From positions 1-26,083 of IMG/VR virus record IMGVR_UViG_3300027323_000004: a DNA stretch of 26,083 nucleotides; one strand, 5' to 3'. Made by a program: the position numbers and the translations under genes. This DNA is from a virus. Taxonomy: Duplodnaviria > Caudoviricetes. Each line of letters starts with the position of its first letter. Within the stretch, counting starts at the first letter, position 1. Below, piece by piece: positions 26,082-26,083 of the stretch. The notes under the pieces were generated by a model that worked only from the letters and a program-made list of their open reading frames with translations, searched no databases and was not told the origin of the DNA.

Positions 26082-26083
26082 TT
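25961..26083. repeat. Perfect 45-bp in-frame tandem repeat (at least 2.7 copies)
   Basis: Unit CTTCAACACGTTCTGCTTCAAGTCTTTCAGCTTCAATACGCAGAT starts at 25961, 26006 and 26051, with a 15-bp sub-period. Confidence 0.95.

Noticed and set aside
25961-26083. CRISPR array
   Set aside because: Head-to-tail repeats without spacers, in frame within a CDS.

Overview
A 26 kb piece of a temperate, podovirus-like phage, probably infecting a gammaproteobacterium. The left 19 kb (+ strand) is the end of the virion module: adaptor, tail fibre and chaperone, nozzle/tubular-B-like protein, a cupin, two ejection-type proteins and a 3,640-aa polyvalent internal protein (LPD5/LPD1/zincin/LPD38-like). The right 7 kb (- strand) holds a three-gene module with an HNH-NUMOD1 endonuclease, an intact attP (3' half of tRNA-Val(GAC) between two IHF boxes), a lambda-type integrase and excisionase, and a run of small early genes. 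The main finding is that the early genes at 22208-25516 form an array of six integron-like gene cassettes separated by five complete attC-like sites and one half site. Each cassette's two ends are perfectly complementary over 8-10 bp. Every ORF lies antisense to the attC top strand, and no integron integrase is present in the window. All family assignments are from motif recognition by eye, with no database searches.
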